From positions 1,054,001 to 1,118,000 of the forward strand of contig NC_089433.1 of assembly GCF_026210795.1 (NCBI RefSeq): a stretch of DNA of 64,000 nt, read 5' to 3'. The translations under genes and the position numbers were made by a program. Every line of letters starts with the position of its first letter. Within the stretch, counting starts at the first letter, position 1. Origin of the DNA: Rhizophagus irregularis. Taxonomy: Eukaryota. Positions 38,321-51,334 of this stretch are shown piece after piece. The notes under the pieces were generated by a model. It was not told where the DNA came from. It made no database searches and was given only the letters and a program-made list of their open reading frames with translations.

Positions 38321-38838
38321 ATTCATCCGTATATTTGGAATATTGTCCCATAGAAACGTGACTTGTGGAAGAGAATCGGTTTGATCCGGCTAGAAAAAAA
38401 AAAATAAGACGCAGTTTGGCGCAGATAAGTATATATGCATGACGTGATATTTTTTTTTCTTCCTCCGTAGCGCATGACTTACCTTGAGATATCGCATCAT
38501 TTCTCCATTCGGCTTCTGTACGCATTCTTTGAAGTTCATTGCTTATGTTAAGACTGTTCTTTCGAGGTTATTGTCTCCTGATCACATTAGATATTTGCGA
38601 AAAAAGAAGATAGTAACGGCAAAGATTATATAAATGTTTATGTTTCCCGAAAAAATGCCCTGGATCATATCCATGGTAAGGACACTACGGGTTACCATCT
38701 CGTAAATTACAATTGTGACGCCGAAGATTACGATCAAGAAAATATCCGTGTTTGAGAACATTTTTTTAGATATTTACTCGGCATAGAAAATTTTTGATAT
38801 TCTCTTTACCTTTTGAATTATTCTGATTTATTCTGAAA

Positions 38839-40410
38839 ATGACTAACTATTATTGGATTATAGCTCAACATTCTGGGAAAGTTCTCGAAGTTAAAGATGG
38901 CTCTTTGTGTAGTTATGTTGAAATTATCCAACATAAAGGTGTTAACCATAATATTTTAATAAAATAATAGCGTGTAATTTTAGTGTGATTATTATCTATT
39001 AATTGATTAATTTTATTTTCCCTATATTTAGGTTGATATGCAACTCTGGTATTTTAATGGTGGATTTATTGTAAATAAAAGATCTTGCTTCGTGCTTGAT
39101 GCCGCTGGATGTAAGTAACAATATAGTTTAATTATTGAAATCAAATCTTCTAATTTCTAAATCAAAAAAAAAAAAATTTTATTTAATAATCAAGGGAAAT
39201 GCCAAAATGGTGAGTTATTTAGTGAATATTATTTTGTTTCTCTAATTCCACAATTAAAGTATTTTAATTATCATAAAGGTACGAAAATTATTCAATATCA
39301 AAAGCAAAATGAACCTGCCTTGGTCAAGAATGGGAATACAGCTATAAGGACAATTTTATCCATTTGAAATTTAATCGAAATTTTGTCCTTGATGTCTCGG
39401 TATGCTATTTAAAATTGCTTTTCTTGATATATATAATATTGGAGATCGTAATAATAATAATTTTTTTTAAACTTGTATTTTTTATAGGGGGCGAAAACTG
39501 ATAATAGTACTAACATCCACTTGTGGGAAAAGCATGGTGGCAAGAATCAACAATTCATTTTGCAAAAGTGGGATGATGGTTCGGCAGTTATTGAAAATGC
39601 AGAAACGAACATTATTGATAATTTTAAATTTTTGCCAAAATTATCGCAAAATTTCCTTGAAATTTTGAATGATGACGAATATTACGATCATATAAACATT
39701 GAAGTTGGTGATAACCCTCATGTAAAAACATTTCACGCTCATATGGTTATTTTAAGTCATCGTTCTCCTTACCTACGAAGAAAGTTGTCGACTAACAAAA
39801 AAAATAATGATGGGACTTTGACACGTATTGAACTACCTAATATTTTACCAGAAATTTTTGTGATAATTTTAAGGTAAAATCTAATTGAATTAATGTATTA
39901 TTAATTTATCTATCATTATATTTTAAATCTCAAATATTGTATTTTTTATTTTTTTAGATACATTTATAGCGGAAAACTTTCTTTAAAAGAAATTGATCCA
40001 ACAAATATAATTAAATTATTAGTTGCCGCTAATGAACTAAGTCTCCAGGAGTTAGTTACCTATATTCAATCCTTTTTAATTGAAAACAAAGCAAACTGGA
40101 TGAAACAAAATTTTGATTTAATATATCAAACAAGCTATGAAATTGATTCTTTCCTGGACCTTCAAAGTTATTATAATGATTTAATATCAAATGAACCAGA
40201 TATTATATTCAAATCACCGCAAATTACGGTTATCCAAAATGATAATCTTCAAATAAGCGAAATTCAAGTTTGGGAACATGTACTTAAATGGGGAGTTTCT
40301 CAAAATTCAGCAAAACTTCCATCTAACCTAAGAAGATTTTAATACTTTGAAGAATACCTTACGACAATACATCCCGTTTATTAGATTCTATAATTTAACT
40401 TCCAAAGAAG
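38839..40410 (+). pseudogene. Ricin-B lectin-BTB-BACK(-TLDc) copy A, disrupted and 3'-truncated
   Basis: Same exon layout as copies B-D, but with a deletion at the exon-1 donor (~38938), a -1 frameshift at ~39318, a deletion at ~40217, a frameshift at ~40331, and loss of TLDc after ~40410. Confidence 0.9.
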
Positions 40411-41202
40411 TAAATCATCAATGATGCGATGATTTTCAACTATTTTTGAATGAAAAATCCGTATGAGATTAATTATTCAGCGAAAAAAATACTAATTATG
40501 TATTTGTTTGCTTTATTTTACATTTTAACTTATATTATATATTGTGTGATTATTAAAAGTAAATAAGTTTAATCACATTTCATAAAATCTCTTACATTTA
40601 AGACATAATTTTGATGTATACTATGATCGCTGATACATTAATTTCTATTAAAATTCTAACAAGATATCTTCCAATCTATGTAACTCGTTTTTAACATGAA
40701 ATTATATAAACCTATATATTCTGCATTATGTCTTTGATAATGATTTCAAAAAGATCGTTTTAAGTGATCATAAAAACATGTGATGATGTATTGAAGTCGC
40801 ATCTGTATAATTGACAGTAAATCTGCAAAATTAACCCAAAACGCCAAAATCGAATTTCGTCAGTATAATAATATAATAATTTTAATTCTAACATTACTTA
40901 CATTACTTACATGCTGAGGCGCAATCACTGACGATTTAAATTCTACGTTATTTGTCATCAATAAAATTAATAATAAAAATGCTTAAAATTAAAAATAAAT
41001 AAATAAGCGATAATTTTCCTTAGAAAATTGATAAACATATTGTTAACATACTATAATAAAGGACGGTCAGATAGAAAATTGTGTTACCTTAAAAATGTAT
41101 TTTTTCATATTGTTTACCGAATTGCTGGATCATTTTGTGTAATAATGATTTCCTTTTTCAAAAAAAAGAGTTTTGCTAACTTGCCCCCCGGGTTAAATAA
41201 CC

Positions 41203-41510
41203 CAGTGTTTGGCAAATGACTTGAAATGACCAAATGATTCAAATGACAAATGACAAATGACATGTCATTTCAATGCTTAAATGACAAATGACCTTTGGTC
41301 ATTTGAATGTAATTTTGGTCAGCATTATAATTTTTGCCTACACTACATTCATTATTTTTTAATTATAGTCACATGATTATTTATGTGATAAATATTAGCC
41401 AATCAAAATCAAATGATTGAAATGATCAAATGACAAATGATTATGAATAATGACAAATGATTTCATAAATCATTTAAAAGGTCAAATGACCAGGTCATTT
41501 CAGAACACTG
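41203..41510. mobile_element. hAT-like MITE (CAGTGTT...AACACTG) with AAATGAC subterminal repeats
   Basis: cagtgtttggcaaatgac versus gtcatttcagaacactg, with many internal caaatga repeats. It interrupts a ggttaaat(c/a)accc repeat element. Confidence 0.8.
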
Positions 41511-43572
41511 TAAATACTAACCCAGGTTAAATCACTCCCCCCCCTAAAAATTTATATTTTACACCAATTAATTTTGATTGGTTAATTTAATTTATTTTCA
41601 TTACTGAAAATTTGCAACACTTTTATTCGCAAAATTTTTTTGTACTATAATTTAATCAAAGTTTATTAATTAGAAAAAACTCATTTTATTTATTTTTAAC
41701 AGGACACACAAAAAAATACATGACAATAACAAAGCAGACAAAAGAACAAAGCTATAAGAATAAAGAATGAAACTCATGTAAAAAGTTAAAGAATGAAATG
41801 ATGATGAAACCTATGAAGTCAAAAAGTAAAATTCGTGACAGAAAAGTAAAACATATTAAGTCAAAGAGCAGTATAGAGTAAAGAAAAGATAGTTAGTAAA
41901 GAATAAAAATTAGAAAATAAACAAGAACCTAAAGATTAAAGAATAAAAAAAGATACCCACCACAAAGAAAAAAGAAAAAACCCCATAGTTAAGTTAAGGA
42001 GCAAACCCATAAAAAATGTTAATGACCAAATAAAAACAAGTTAAGAGCAAAACGCGTCATATAATGTTGAAGAGCCTAAAGACCTAAAAAAAATGTACTA
42101 AAAAAAAAAAAGAAAGCAGATAAAAATAATAAACAAAAAAAGAAAATGGAATGGGAAATGGAAGGAAAATAAAACGAAACAGAGAGAAAAGAAAAAAACA
42201 AGGGGGAAGGAAAAACCGAAAAAAAACAATATAAACAGATAGTGTAACTATAAATATTAGTCAGCCCAATCAAATTTATCACATGATAGGGGTTGAATAA
42301 TTCATATAATTATATAAAATTTACTAGTAGGTTAAATCACCCGGATTAAATCACCCCGGGTTAAAATTAGTCTTATACTTTTTATTATTACTAATCAATC
42401 AAATTTTATTGCTCTTTTAGATAAAATATTTCAGATATCAAAAAAAAAAAAAAAATGCTTTCTGATTTTTTATTTATTTTTTAGATAAAAATTTTGATTT
42501 TTTTATCCAAAATTATTTCATATTTTATTTATTTATTAAATAATAAAATAAAAATAAAATGTAAGAATAGACAAAAAGATTGTTTATTTATTTTATTAAT
42601 ATAAATAAAATGATTAATTAATAAAAAAAATTTTTTTTACAATGGCAACAAATAATTTAAAAACTTTAAAAATAAAATAATGAATATATTTTCATCCATT
42701 ATAATACCTTATAAAATCTTTGATCAATAAGATTTCATATGTCAATCTTCTTTAAGGTCTATTACACTGCAATTATCTCTAACCTATTTGCTATCTCTTT
42801 TATAAATAAGTTCATAACAATAATAAAATTAATATTATACTATTTATATTATACATTTCAATTTAAACAGATCAATTAGCGGTGACGAAGTCACCGCACA
42901 TTAGAATCCTCTAGTTATAATAAAAAAAAATAGTTTTATTTAAAGTGATGATTTATTTACCTGCTAAAACAATATTAAAGACGAAAAATCAACAATAACT
43001 AAATATTTTAATTGCATAATTAATTTTGTGTGTGTTATACTGTATATAATTTTTAATTCGTTATTTGTTGTTTTAATTTTCAATCCTCTTTCTCAAGGTG
43101 TTATTATAGCAGCACGTAATCAATGAAGGCGAAGTAAAGGAGGTGTACAAGCCACGTTAAGATTCAAAGCCACTTTAAATTAATAATTTGAAAGTGCGAG
43201 ATTTTGATGTCAATAAATCTTTTGAACGGCAGTAGATACCGCAGTGAGTACAGTCATCTGGACATTGCGCCACAATTGTAACGAACAATGCAATATCAAA
43301 ACTTAATCGTATGATATCAAATGGACGAAGCCATAAAATTTTGTTTATTGTAAAGGGATCAAGAAAGTAAGCTCATTTTTTTTTAACTGATTTTGAATAA
43401 TTATCATTATAATATTATCCTTACTTAAAAGACTTATATTTTAGGTCATATCACTGCATAACAATTTGACACCAAGAATAGGAATATTGAATTTATGAAA
43501 GTAATAATTAAATAGCGTAAGTGAGTATAGTTACTTTTTTTTTTACAAAATTTTAGTTACAAATGGAAACCT

Positions 43573-43733
43573 TTATGTAAAAACTCCGTAAAAATGAGCC
43601 TTTCACGGATCCATTCACGGAAAATGTAAATAATTAGATAAATTCCGCAATATAAGGTTATTAATTCCGGAAATATGAGCCTTTTATGGAAAAAAGATGG
43701 AATATAAAAAACGGATTGACTTTTTTTGCAAGG
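43573..43733. mobile_element. MITE-like repeat; inverted relative of 44959-45157
   Basis: aaaaacggattgactttttttgcaagg is the near reverse complement of ccttgtaaaaaatctgatccgtgtttt; internal tcacgga/tccgt motifs are shared. Confidence 0.6.
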
Positions 43734-43919
43734 AATAATACTAACGCCAATATTGTTATTAGTTGTCACAATACTAATACAACAAATAATATTATGTAAA
43801 ATATTAACAGATAAAAACAGATAAGCGAAATTCCTGTGTACATGTGTTTGATGATTCAGTATCACATATTCACATGTTTCATATGTATTTTAAGCCTTAA
43901 CGGCGGTTATGCCTTACGG

Positions 43920-44950
43920 TGTCCGGTAGTGGATATACTAAATAGAAATTATCCAGACCTCCTCAACAACTTCACTACATGCTTTTTTTGCCATAATGAA
44001 AAAGAGATGAATGTTCACCTTTGGTCATGCCCTTCAATACATTCTCTTCTACAACCCATTTTTACAAAACATCATGACATCCTTCGAACTTTAATAGTAT
44101 CCAACTCTGATTTTTTGCCTACTTTATATGAAGACTCCATTATTAGATGCTCTTTGTTTACTTGGTCAACTCATAACAATTCTCTTATTACAGATTTTCT
44201 TTCTCTTCATTATTTATTAATGAACTTTGTTCCAGAAGATCTAGTGTATCTTTTTACCGCAGCAAAAATATCAAAAGCTAACTGATCATTAACTTCTTAT
44301 TTGATTTACATAAAGATATTTTTGAAGTTATCTGGAAATGTCACAAGATTAAATGGATGGAACTAAAAAAAGACCTTAATATCACAAGATCATCTTTTAC
44401 CAAATACAAACGTCTTATGAAAAGACTCAATCGCATTACTCATGACCAACTTACATGCAATGCTAACCATTCTCGACCAACTGATGATCTATTCAGATAT
44501 ACTAACCCGTTTAACAAAAGGAAATCTCTTATTGATGCTTTCACAATGTGGAATTATCTCGCAAGTTTGAACTTTTTACATAATGTTCCATGGTTAAACT
44601 CTCTTCAATTAGATTTATATTCTACGACTATCCCTGTTTGACATAATGATTTTTATTTCTGATATTAACCCCTTTGGTTTTTTTTACGTTACAGTAATTT
44701 TATTTTTATCTTTATCTTTTTCTTTTTTTCTTTTCTTTTAGATAGCTCTTACGGAAGGATGGTCTTTTTTATTTAGTCACGTCCTTTATTAACTGTAGTG
44801 TGGTTCTACCATTTTAGTAGTTTAAATCAAAGGGTGAGGTCCTGTCCTGGGTGGATTTTATTTCTTACAGGATTGGCATTGGTATCCATGTATCTTATAT
44901 TAGAATAGTTCTTCTTTATTTCTTTGTATTTAAATACCTATCAATGTATA
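43920..44950 (+). mobile_element. 5'-truncated non-LTR retrotransposon (LINE) remnant: C-terminal zinc-binding region plus 3' UTR
   Basis: LNRNYPDLL...CFFCHNEKEMNVHLWSCP (CxxC-x7-H-x3-C, zf-RVT type) and a downstream IWK segment, broken by a frameshift/stop near 44283, followed by a T-rich tail. Confidence 0.75.
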
Positions 44951-44958
44951 GATCTCTG

Positions 44959-45157
44959 CCTTGTAAAAAATCTGATCCGTGTTTTATCTTTCCATGTTTT
45001 TTCCGTGAATGTATCATTTTCATGGAATTTATAGCCTTAAATCATGGAAATTTTCATCTCACTAACACGGATATCCGTGAATGTATCATTTTCACGGAAT
45101 TTTTACGGAAGACACGGAGAAATAATGGAAATATTCGGATAAAAATTTTTTATAGGG
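44959..45157. mobile_element. MITE with CC(C/T)T(G/A)TAAAAAA-type inverted ends
   Basis: ccttgtaaaaaat...attttttataggg, with internal tccgtgaatgtatcattttt repeats. Confidence 0.65.
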
Positions 45158-45714
45158 CTGATCACTCCTCTTTATGAAATAAATAAATAAATCATTATTC
45201 ATCACATAGATAATTTCTTAACTCCATTATGCCGGCCAAAAGTCACAAGGGGTAGAAAGTTTGTGGTAATACTGGAGTAAATACTCCTCCTGACTAATAT
45301 TCAGTTACCATAAGGCTCTACTTTTGAAGATAATTATATAACCTAGGTGGTTTTTCGTACAATAGGCCTAAATTATCTATTCATATTTCAGTGAATGATT
45401 CAAATGGAGAATAAAAAATTGCTTCATCTACCTTTTTGAGTAATGCTTGTTATAATATCTCTTAAACTGCTCAGCTCTGTATTTTTCTGATAAAGCTTCC
45501 GTTTGAAAGTCATAGCGAGATTCAAATATTTGAAAGTTTTTGATATTAAATTTATTAAATATTTATTAAATATTACGGAAATGTAAAAATTCAATTGACA
45601 TATTTTTTTATAGTAACTTCGTATTTCGCAAAAAATTTTATTAAAATTATATTACAAAATATCAAGCAAATTAATATTTCTCTTTTTAAAAAAATTGGTT
45701 TTTCTACTTTATAT

Positions 45715-45900
45715 TTGAATCACACGAATCTATGTAACACATTCGAATCTATATGGCATATTCGAATCTACTGGCATATTCGAATCTACGTGACACATTC
45801 GAATCTACTGGCATATTTGAATATCACTTTACCATATTCGAATATCTAATTTCACAAGATTTACAAACGAATATTCGAATTCCTAATTTCAAACGGAAGC
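45715..45900. repeat. ~19-bp repeat array (catattcgaatcta), probably a transposon subterminal region
   Basis: About six imperfect ATTCGAAT-containing units. Confidence 0.7.
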
Positions 45901-47212
45901 TCTAATTTTTTATTTATTTCATCATATCCCCATTAGTAGGATGTTTCGATTGTTTCGCCCTATAAATTGATGTAATTCAATATCATTTAATTATAAAAAA
46001 TTATAAAATAGTCACAACATACTTTTCAAAATATAAGTACTTTAATATATCATTAAAAACAAATACATTGGTAATAATAAAAATCGAAGAAATATTATGA
46101 ATAAAAATATTTATAAACTTTATCAAATTTTATTTACCACTTTGATAAAATTGTGTTAGTATTCAATAAAATTTTAATTTAAAAGAAGAATTTTTCTAAC
46201 TATCACCGGAGGTGATAATCACCGGTGACTGAAATTATGACGATCGATCAGCATTAAAAAATATAGTACCGGTAAAAATTGATAATTCTGGCCAACGGTG
46301 ATGATCACCCCGGTGATTTGGTGATTTGAAGTAAAAATCTTAAAAGAAAACTATATTAAACTTCAAAAACATAAAAAATAAGGATAAATCACGCATAAGT
46401 ATTATAATAACATATTATTTAATATCAATCGTCATTATTCAAAAATCCATTTTGTTTTTATGTCTCACGAATATTATTATAGACTGAATAACAAAAATGT
46501 CTTATAAATAGAATACCTTTTTAAAGAATTAATAAAATTTAGTATCAGTGAAAGAATTAAATGTTAAATTAATATAATATCTGGAATAGTACGTATCAAT
46601 GTTTTACTTGAAAAATGATAATCGCAAAAAATTCTTGTTTGTCTCTTCAATTGATTTTTCGGGATTATTAATATCAGAAACTGACAGAGTAAGATTATTA
46701 GTTGATGCAATTTTGAGATTTTTCTTTTTATATAAAATAACAGAAATGTCTTGTAATACCTCATTTCAAAGGGCGATTACGATAATTCGAAGCATTAACC
46801 TTGTATTATCTGCTCACTGAAAATATATTCCAAATGGCTTGTGAATGATGGACGGGACGTTATATAATTTCAGTTTAAGTCTGATCTGATCAATAATAAT
46901 AAAATTCAAGATTTAAATTTTAAAATTCTATAAAAAAAGAGTGGTCGCTATATATGAACTTCTTTTTTCGAACATAAATAAAAATTTTGCCGTCATCAAG
47001 TTTAGAAATTGGTAATTTATTTTACATAAAACATTTAAGCCGAAATCTTTTAGAATAATATCGATGTATTTAAACGTTAGATCATTCAAATCTCCATTAT
47101 TTTCTCACCAAATAAAAGTATAATATAATACATATTTAATCTTATATTTATCGTCATAAATAATTATTACAAGCGGATTTAATTTATGGACATCAAGATC
47201 ATGTGTTAGGGC

Positions 47213-47260
47213 GCGTGACTTGTGTAATTGGCTAAATGATTTTCCGTTTGCCGAATAAAA
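47213..47260 (+). promoter_or_regulatory. Conserved upstream block of the lectin-BTB-TLDc genes (also ~51195-51241 and ~54641-54686)
   Basis: gtgacttgtgtaattggctaaatgattttccgtttgcc(g)aataaaat lies ~80-140 bp before the ATG of copies B, C and D and contains ATTGG (reverse CCAAT). Confidence 0.7.
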
Positions 47261-47343
47261 TATGTACAAATCGGCATAGAAAATTTTTTTTGATACTTTC
47301 CCTCGCTTAATTTATTCTGAATTTATTCTGAATCATTCTGAAA

Positions 47344-49609
47344 ATGACTACCTATTATTGGATTATAGCTCAACATTCTGGGAAAGTTCTTGAAGTTAAA
47401 GATGGCTCTTTTTGTAGTTCTGCTGAAATTTTCCAACGTAGTAAGAAATCCGAGCTTGATCCCAACGTAGTGTTGACATAAGATTTTAATAGAATAATAG
47501 CGTGTGATTATAGTGTGATTATTATTTATTAATTGATTGTTTTTATTTTCTCCATGTTTAGGTTGATATGCAACTCTGGTATTTTAATGGTGGATTTATT
47601 GTAAATAAAAGATCTGGCTTCGTGCTTGATGTTGTTGAAGGTAAGTAACAATATTAATTATTGAAATCAAATCTTTTAATTTCTAAATCAAAAAAAAATT
47701 TCTTTGATAATCAAGCGAAATGCCAAAATGGTGAGTTATTTAGTGAATATTATTTTGTTTTCTCTAATTCCACAATTAAAGTATTTTAATTACTATCATA
47801 AAGGTACGAAAATTGTTCAATACCAAAAGCATGATGAACCTTCTCGCAGTCAAGAATGGGAATACAACTATAAGGACAATTCTTTCTATTTTAAATTTAA
47901 TCGAAATTTTGTCCTTGATGTCTCGGTATGCAATTTAAATTGCTTTTCTTGATATAATATTAGAGATTATAATGATAATATTTTTTTTTTTAAAACTTGT
48001 ATTTTTATAGAGTACTAACATCATCCACTTGTGGGAAAAGCATGGTGGCAAGAATCAACAATTCATTTTGCAAAAGTGGGATGATGGTTCGGCAGTTATT
48101 GAAAATGCAGAAACGAACATTATTGATAATTTTAAATTTTTACCAAAATTATCACAAAATTTCCTTGAAATTTTGGATGATGACGAGTATTATGATGTTA
48201 ATATTGAAGTTGGTGATAACCCTCATGTAAAAACATTTCACGCTCATATGGTTATTTTAAGTTACCGTTCTCCTTACCTACGAAGAAAGTTGTCGACTAA
48301 CAAAAAAAATAATGATGGGACTTTGACATGTATTGAATTACCTAATATTTTACCAGAAATTTTCGAAATAATTTTAAGGTAAGAACTAATTGAATCAATA
48401 TATTGTTAATATTTTTAATCTCAAATATTGTATTTTTTATTTTTTAGATACATTTATAGCGGAAAACTTTCTTTAAAAGAAATTGATCCATCAAATATAA
48501 TTAAATTACTAGTTGCCGCTAATGAACTAAGTCTTCAGGAGTTAGTTATCTATATTCAATCCTTTTTAATTGAAAACAAAGCAAACTGGATGAAACAAAA
48601 TTTTGATTTAATATATCAAACAAGCTATGAAAATGATTCTTTCCTGGACCTCCAAAATTATTGTAATGGTTTAATATCTAATGAACCAGATAAGATATTC
48701 AAATCGCAAGATTTCACTTCAATTCCAGAAAAACTTTTAATTGCGGTTATCCAAAATGATAATCTTCAAATGAGCGAAGTGCAAGTTTGGAAGCATGTAT
48801 TTAAATGGGGAGTTGCTCAGAATTCAGCAAAACTTGAAGACTATTCACAAGACGATTTTAATACTTTGAAGAATACTTTGCGACAATGCATTCCGTTTAT
48901 TAGATTCTATAATTTAACTTCCAAAGAATTTGCATATGAAGTACATCCTTATAAAGAAGTTTTACCAAAAGAATTATATGAAGATTTATTATTGAGTTTT
49001 TTGGATTCTGATAATAAGAAAGGTGAATCAAAACCTCGTATACCTAGAAATATCGATTCAAGAGATATTGATTCTAATATTATTACATCTCAACACGCTG
49101 AAATAATCTCAAAATGGGTCGGTAAATTAGAAATTACTGATAAATTAAATTCTCCATATGAATTCAAATTATTATTTCGTGGATCCCGTGATGGATTTTA
49201 TCCTGAAAAGTTTCATAAAATTTGTGATCTTCAATCTCGTACTATAGTCGTTGCTAAAGTGAGAGGCAGTAATGAAATTCTTGGAGGATATAATCCGATC
49301 ACATGGAAATCTGCTAATAGATATAGTAATACTAAAGATAGTTTTATATTTTCTTTTAATAATAACAGAAGTGAAAATTATATTTTAAGTCGTATAGTTG
49401 ATAATCGACATGCTGTAGATAATAGATCTTATTATGGTCCATCATTTGGTAATGGAGACCTTATTATATGGGGATTAGATATTAATACACTTAGTACTAA
49501 TTATTGTTATGCATGTAAAAATTCTTATGAAAAACCGATTAGAGAAACTGAGGATAAATTTTACGTTGAAGAATATGAAGTATTTCGACTGATGAATATT
49601 TATTCATGA
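47344..49609 (+). CDS. Ricin-B lectin (CBM13)-BTB-BACK-TLDc protein, copy B, 6 exons, apparently intact
   Basis: Spliced by eye: MTTYYWIIAQHSGKVLEV...QLW...micro-exon 47716-47730...QEW...NQQF (three QxW/F repeats); BTB (DVNIEVG, FHAHMVILSYRSPYL, ILRYIYSG); BACK (EVQVWKHVFKWG); TLDc (LLFRGSRDGF, ILGGYNP, GPSFG, EYEVF). Confidence 0.9.
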
Positions 49610-51334
49610 ATTTTTTTTAATAATAGATTGCCTTTATTTATTTATTTATTCAAAAATTACTTTTAAATATAACTTTTTTGTAATAAATAATAATCTTTAT
49701 TAATAACAAATTATTATTTAAGAGAAATACAAATTAATAATTTGTATTATGATCAGATTTTAATTATTCGGCCAAATAAGACAACTACCAATATTTACAC
49801 ATAACGTTAGTATTATTTTTTATAAGTTGAAGATAATAGTATACTAAACAATAAATTATAATTAATTGAAAAATATAAAATTTAGGTGTTATTAAAACGT
49901 TAAAGCAAATGATATTGGATGATGAAAATGCGGATTATTTTGAATTTTAATTCAGTTCATAATAACTTTTTGGTTAATATGTCGCAACGACTTGACATTG
50001 CTCGTTTATTATTCTAACAATTATCACATAATGTTTCATATAAAGAGTATTTTTTGGACATGATTTTTTATTTTAAAATTAAATCATCAATGATGCGATG
50101 ATTTTCAATAAAGAGTCTACTATTTTTGAATGAAAAATCCGTATGAGATTAATTATTCAGCATGAAAAAATACTAATTATGTATTTGTTTGCTTTATTCA
50201 CATTTTTACTTTATATTATATATTGTTTGTGATTATTAAAAGAATCACATTTCATAAAATCTCCTACATTTAAGACAGAATTTTTAAAAGAAATTAATGT
50301 ATCAGCGATCATAGTATACATCAAAATTATAACAAGTTATCTTCCAATCTATGTAACTGTCATGGATACTCGTTTTTAACATGAAATTATATAAACCTAT
50401 ATATTCTGCATTATGTCTTTGATAATGATTTTAAGTGATCATAAAAACATGTTATGATGTATTGAAGTCGCATCTGTATAATTGACAGTAAATCTAAATA
50501 TGCAAAATTAACCCAAAACGCCAAAATCGAATATCGTCAGTATAATAGTATAAAAAATCTAATTCTAACATTACTTACATGTTGAGGCACAATCACTGAA
50601 GCTTTAAATTCTACGTTATTTGTCATCAATAAATTTAATAATAAAAATGCTTAAAATTAAAAATAAATAAATAAGCAAAAATTTTCCCGAAAAAACTGAC
50701 AAATTTATTGTTCTATCTAAAAAAATGAGCGGGTAATTTTTTGTAAAAAATAAAAATACAAACACGTCACAGTTTTAAATTCGTGAGCTAAAAAAAAGTA
50801 GTAAAGTGGGATGGCCAGACTTTATAATAAAATTATATCTTAATTCTCAATTTCTATTTGGTCTTTTAAATTCGAAAAATAGCTTTTTGTTATTTACTAC
50901 GATATTTAGAATGAATTCGAATTTTTAATATTGTAAATATTGCCAGCCGGCAGTTTGTAATTTCAGCTCTGAAATTTCTTTTTTGTTAGTAAGAATATCT
51001 TAAATCAAACGTGGCTTTTGTTTCGAATCAACAAACTAGTATAGATGGTGCTACGAATAAAATTTTTAATATTTCTCATCAACCGTTACTAGTAATGAGA
51101 AAATTCGAAAGAAGAAAAAGTACTTTAAATAAATCAATTTTCTTGCGTGTGACGACTGTAACGTACTTTACATCTCATACATAATTTAACAAAGCGTGAT
51201 TTGTGTAATTGGCTAAATGATTTTCCGTTTGCCGAATAAAATTTATATAAATACTTCTCAAATTTCCTTTGACCTTACCTTTTGGTAGAAAATATTTCAC
51301 ATCACAAACGGTTTTCTAATAATTTATCCTAAAA

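Noticed and set aside
41700..42282. A-rich tract and 68-aa Phe-rich ORF
   Set aside because: Low complexity; possibly a retroelement 3' tail on the minus strand, but no diagnostic motif.
46560..46860. Possible coding remnant on the minus strand
   Set aside because: Short open stretches with stops and no recognisable motif.
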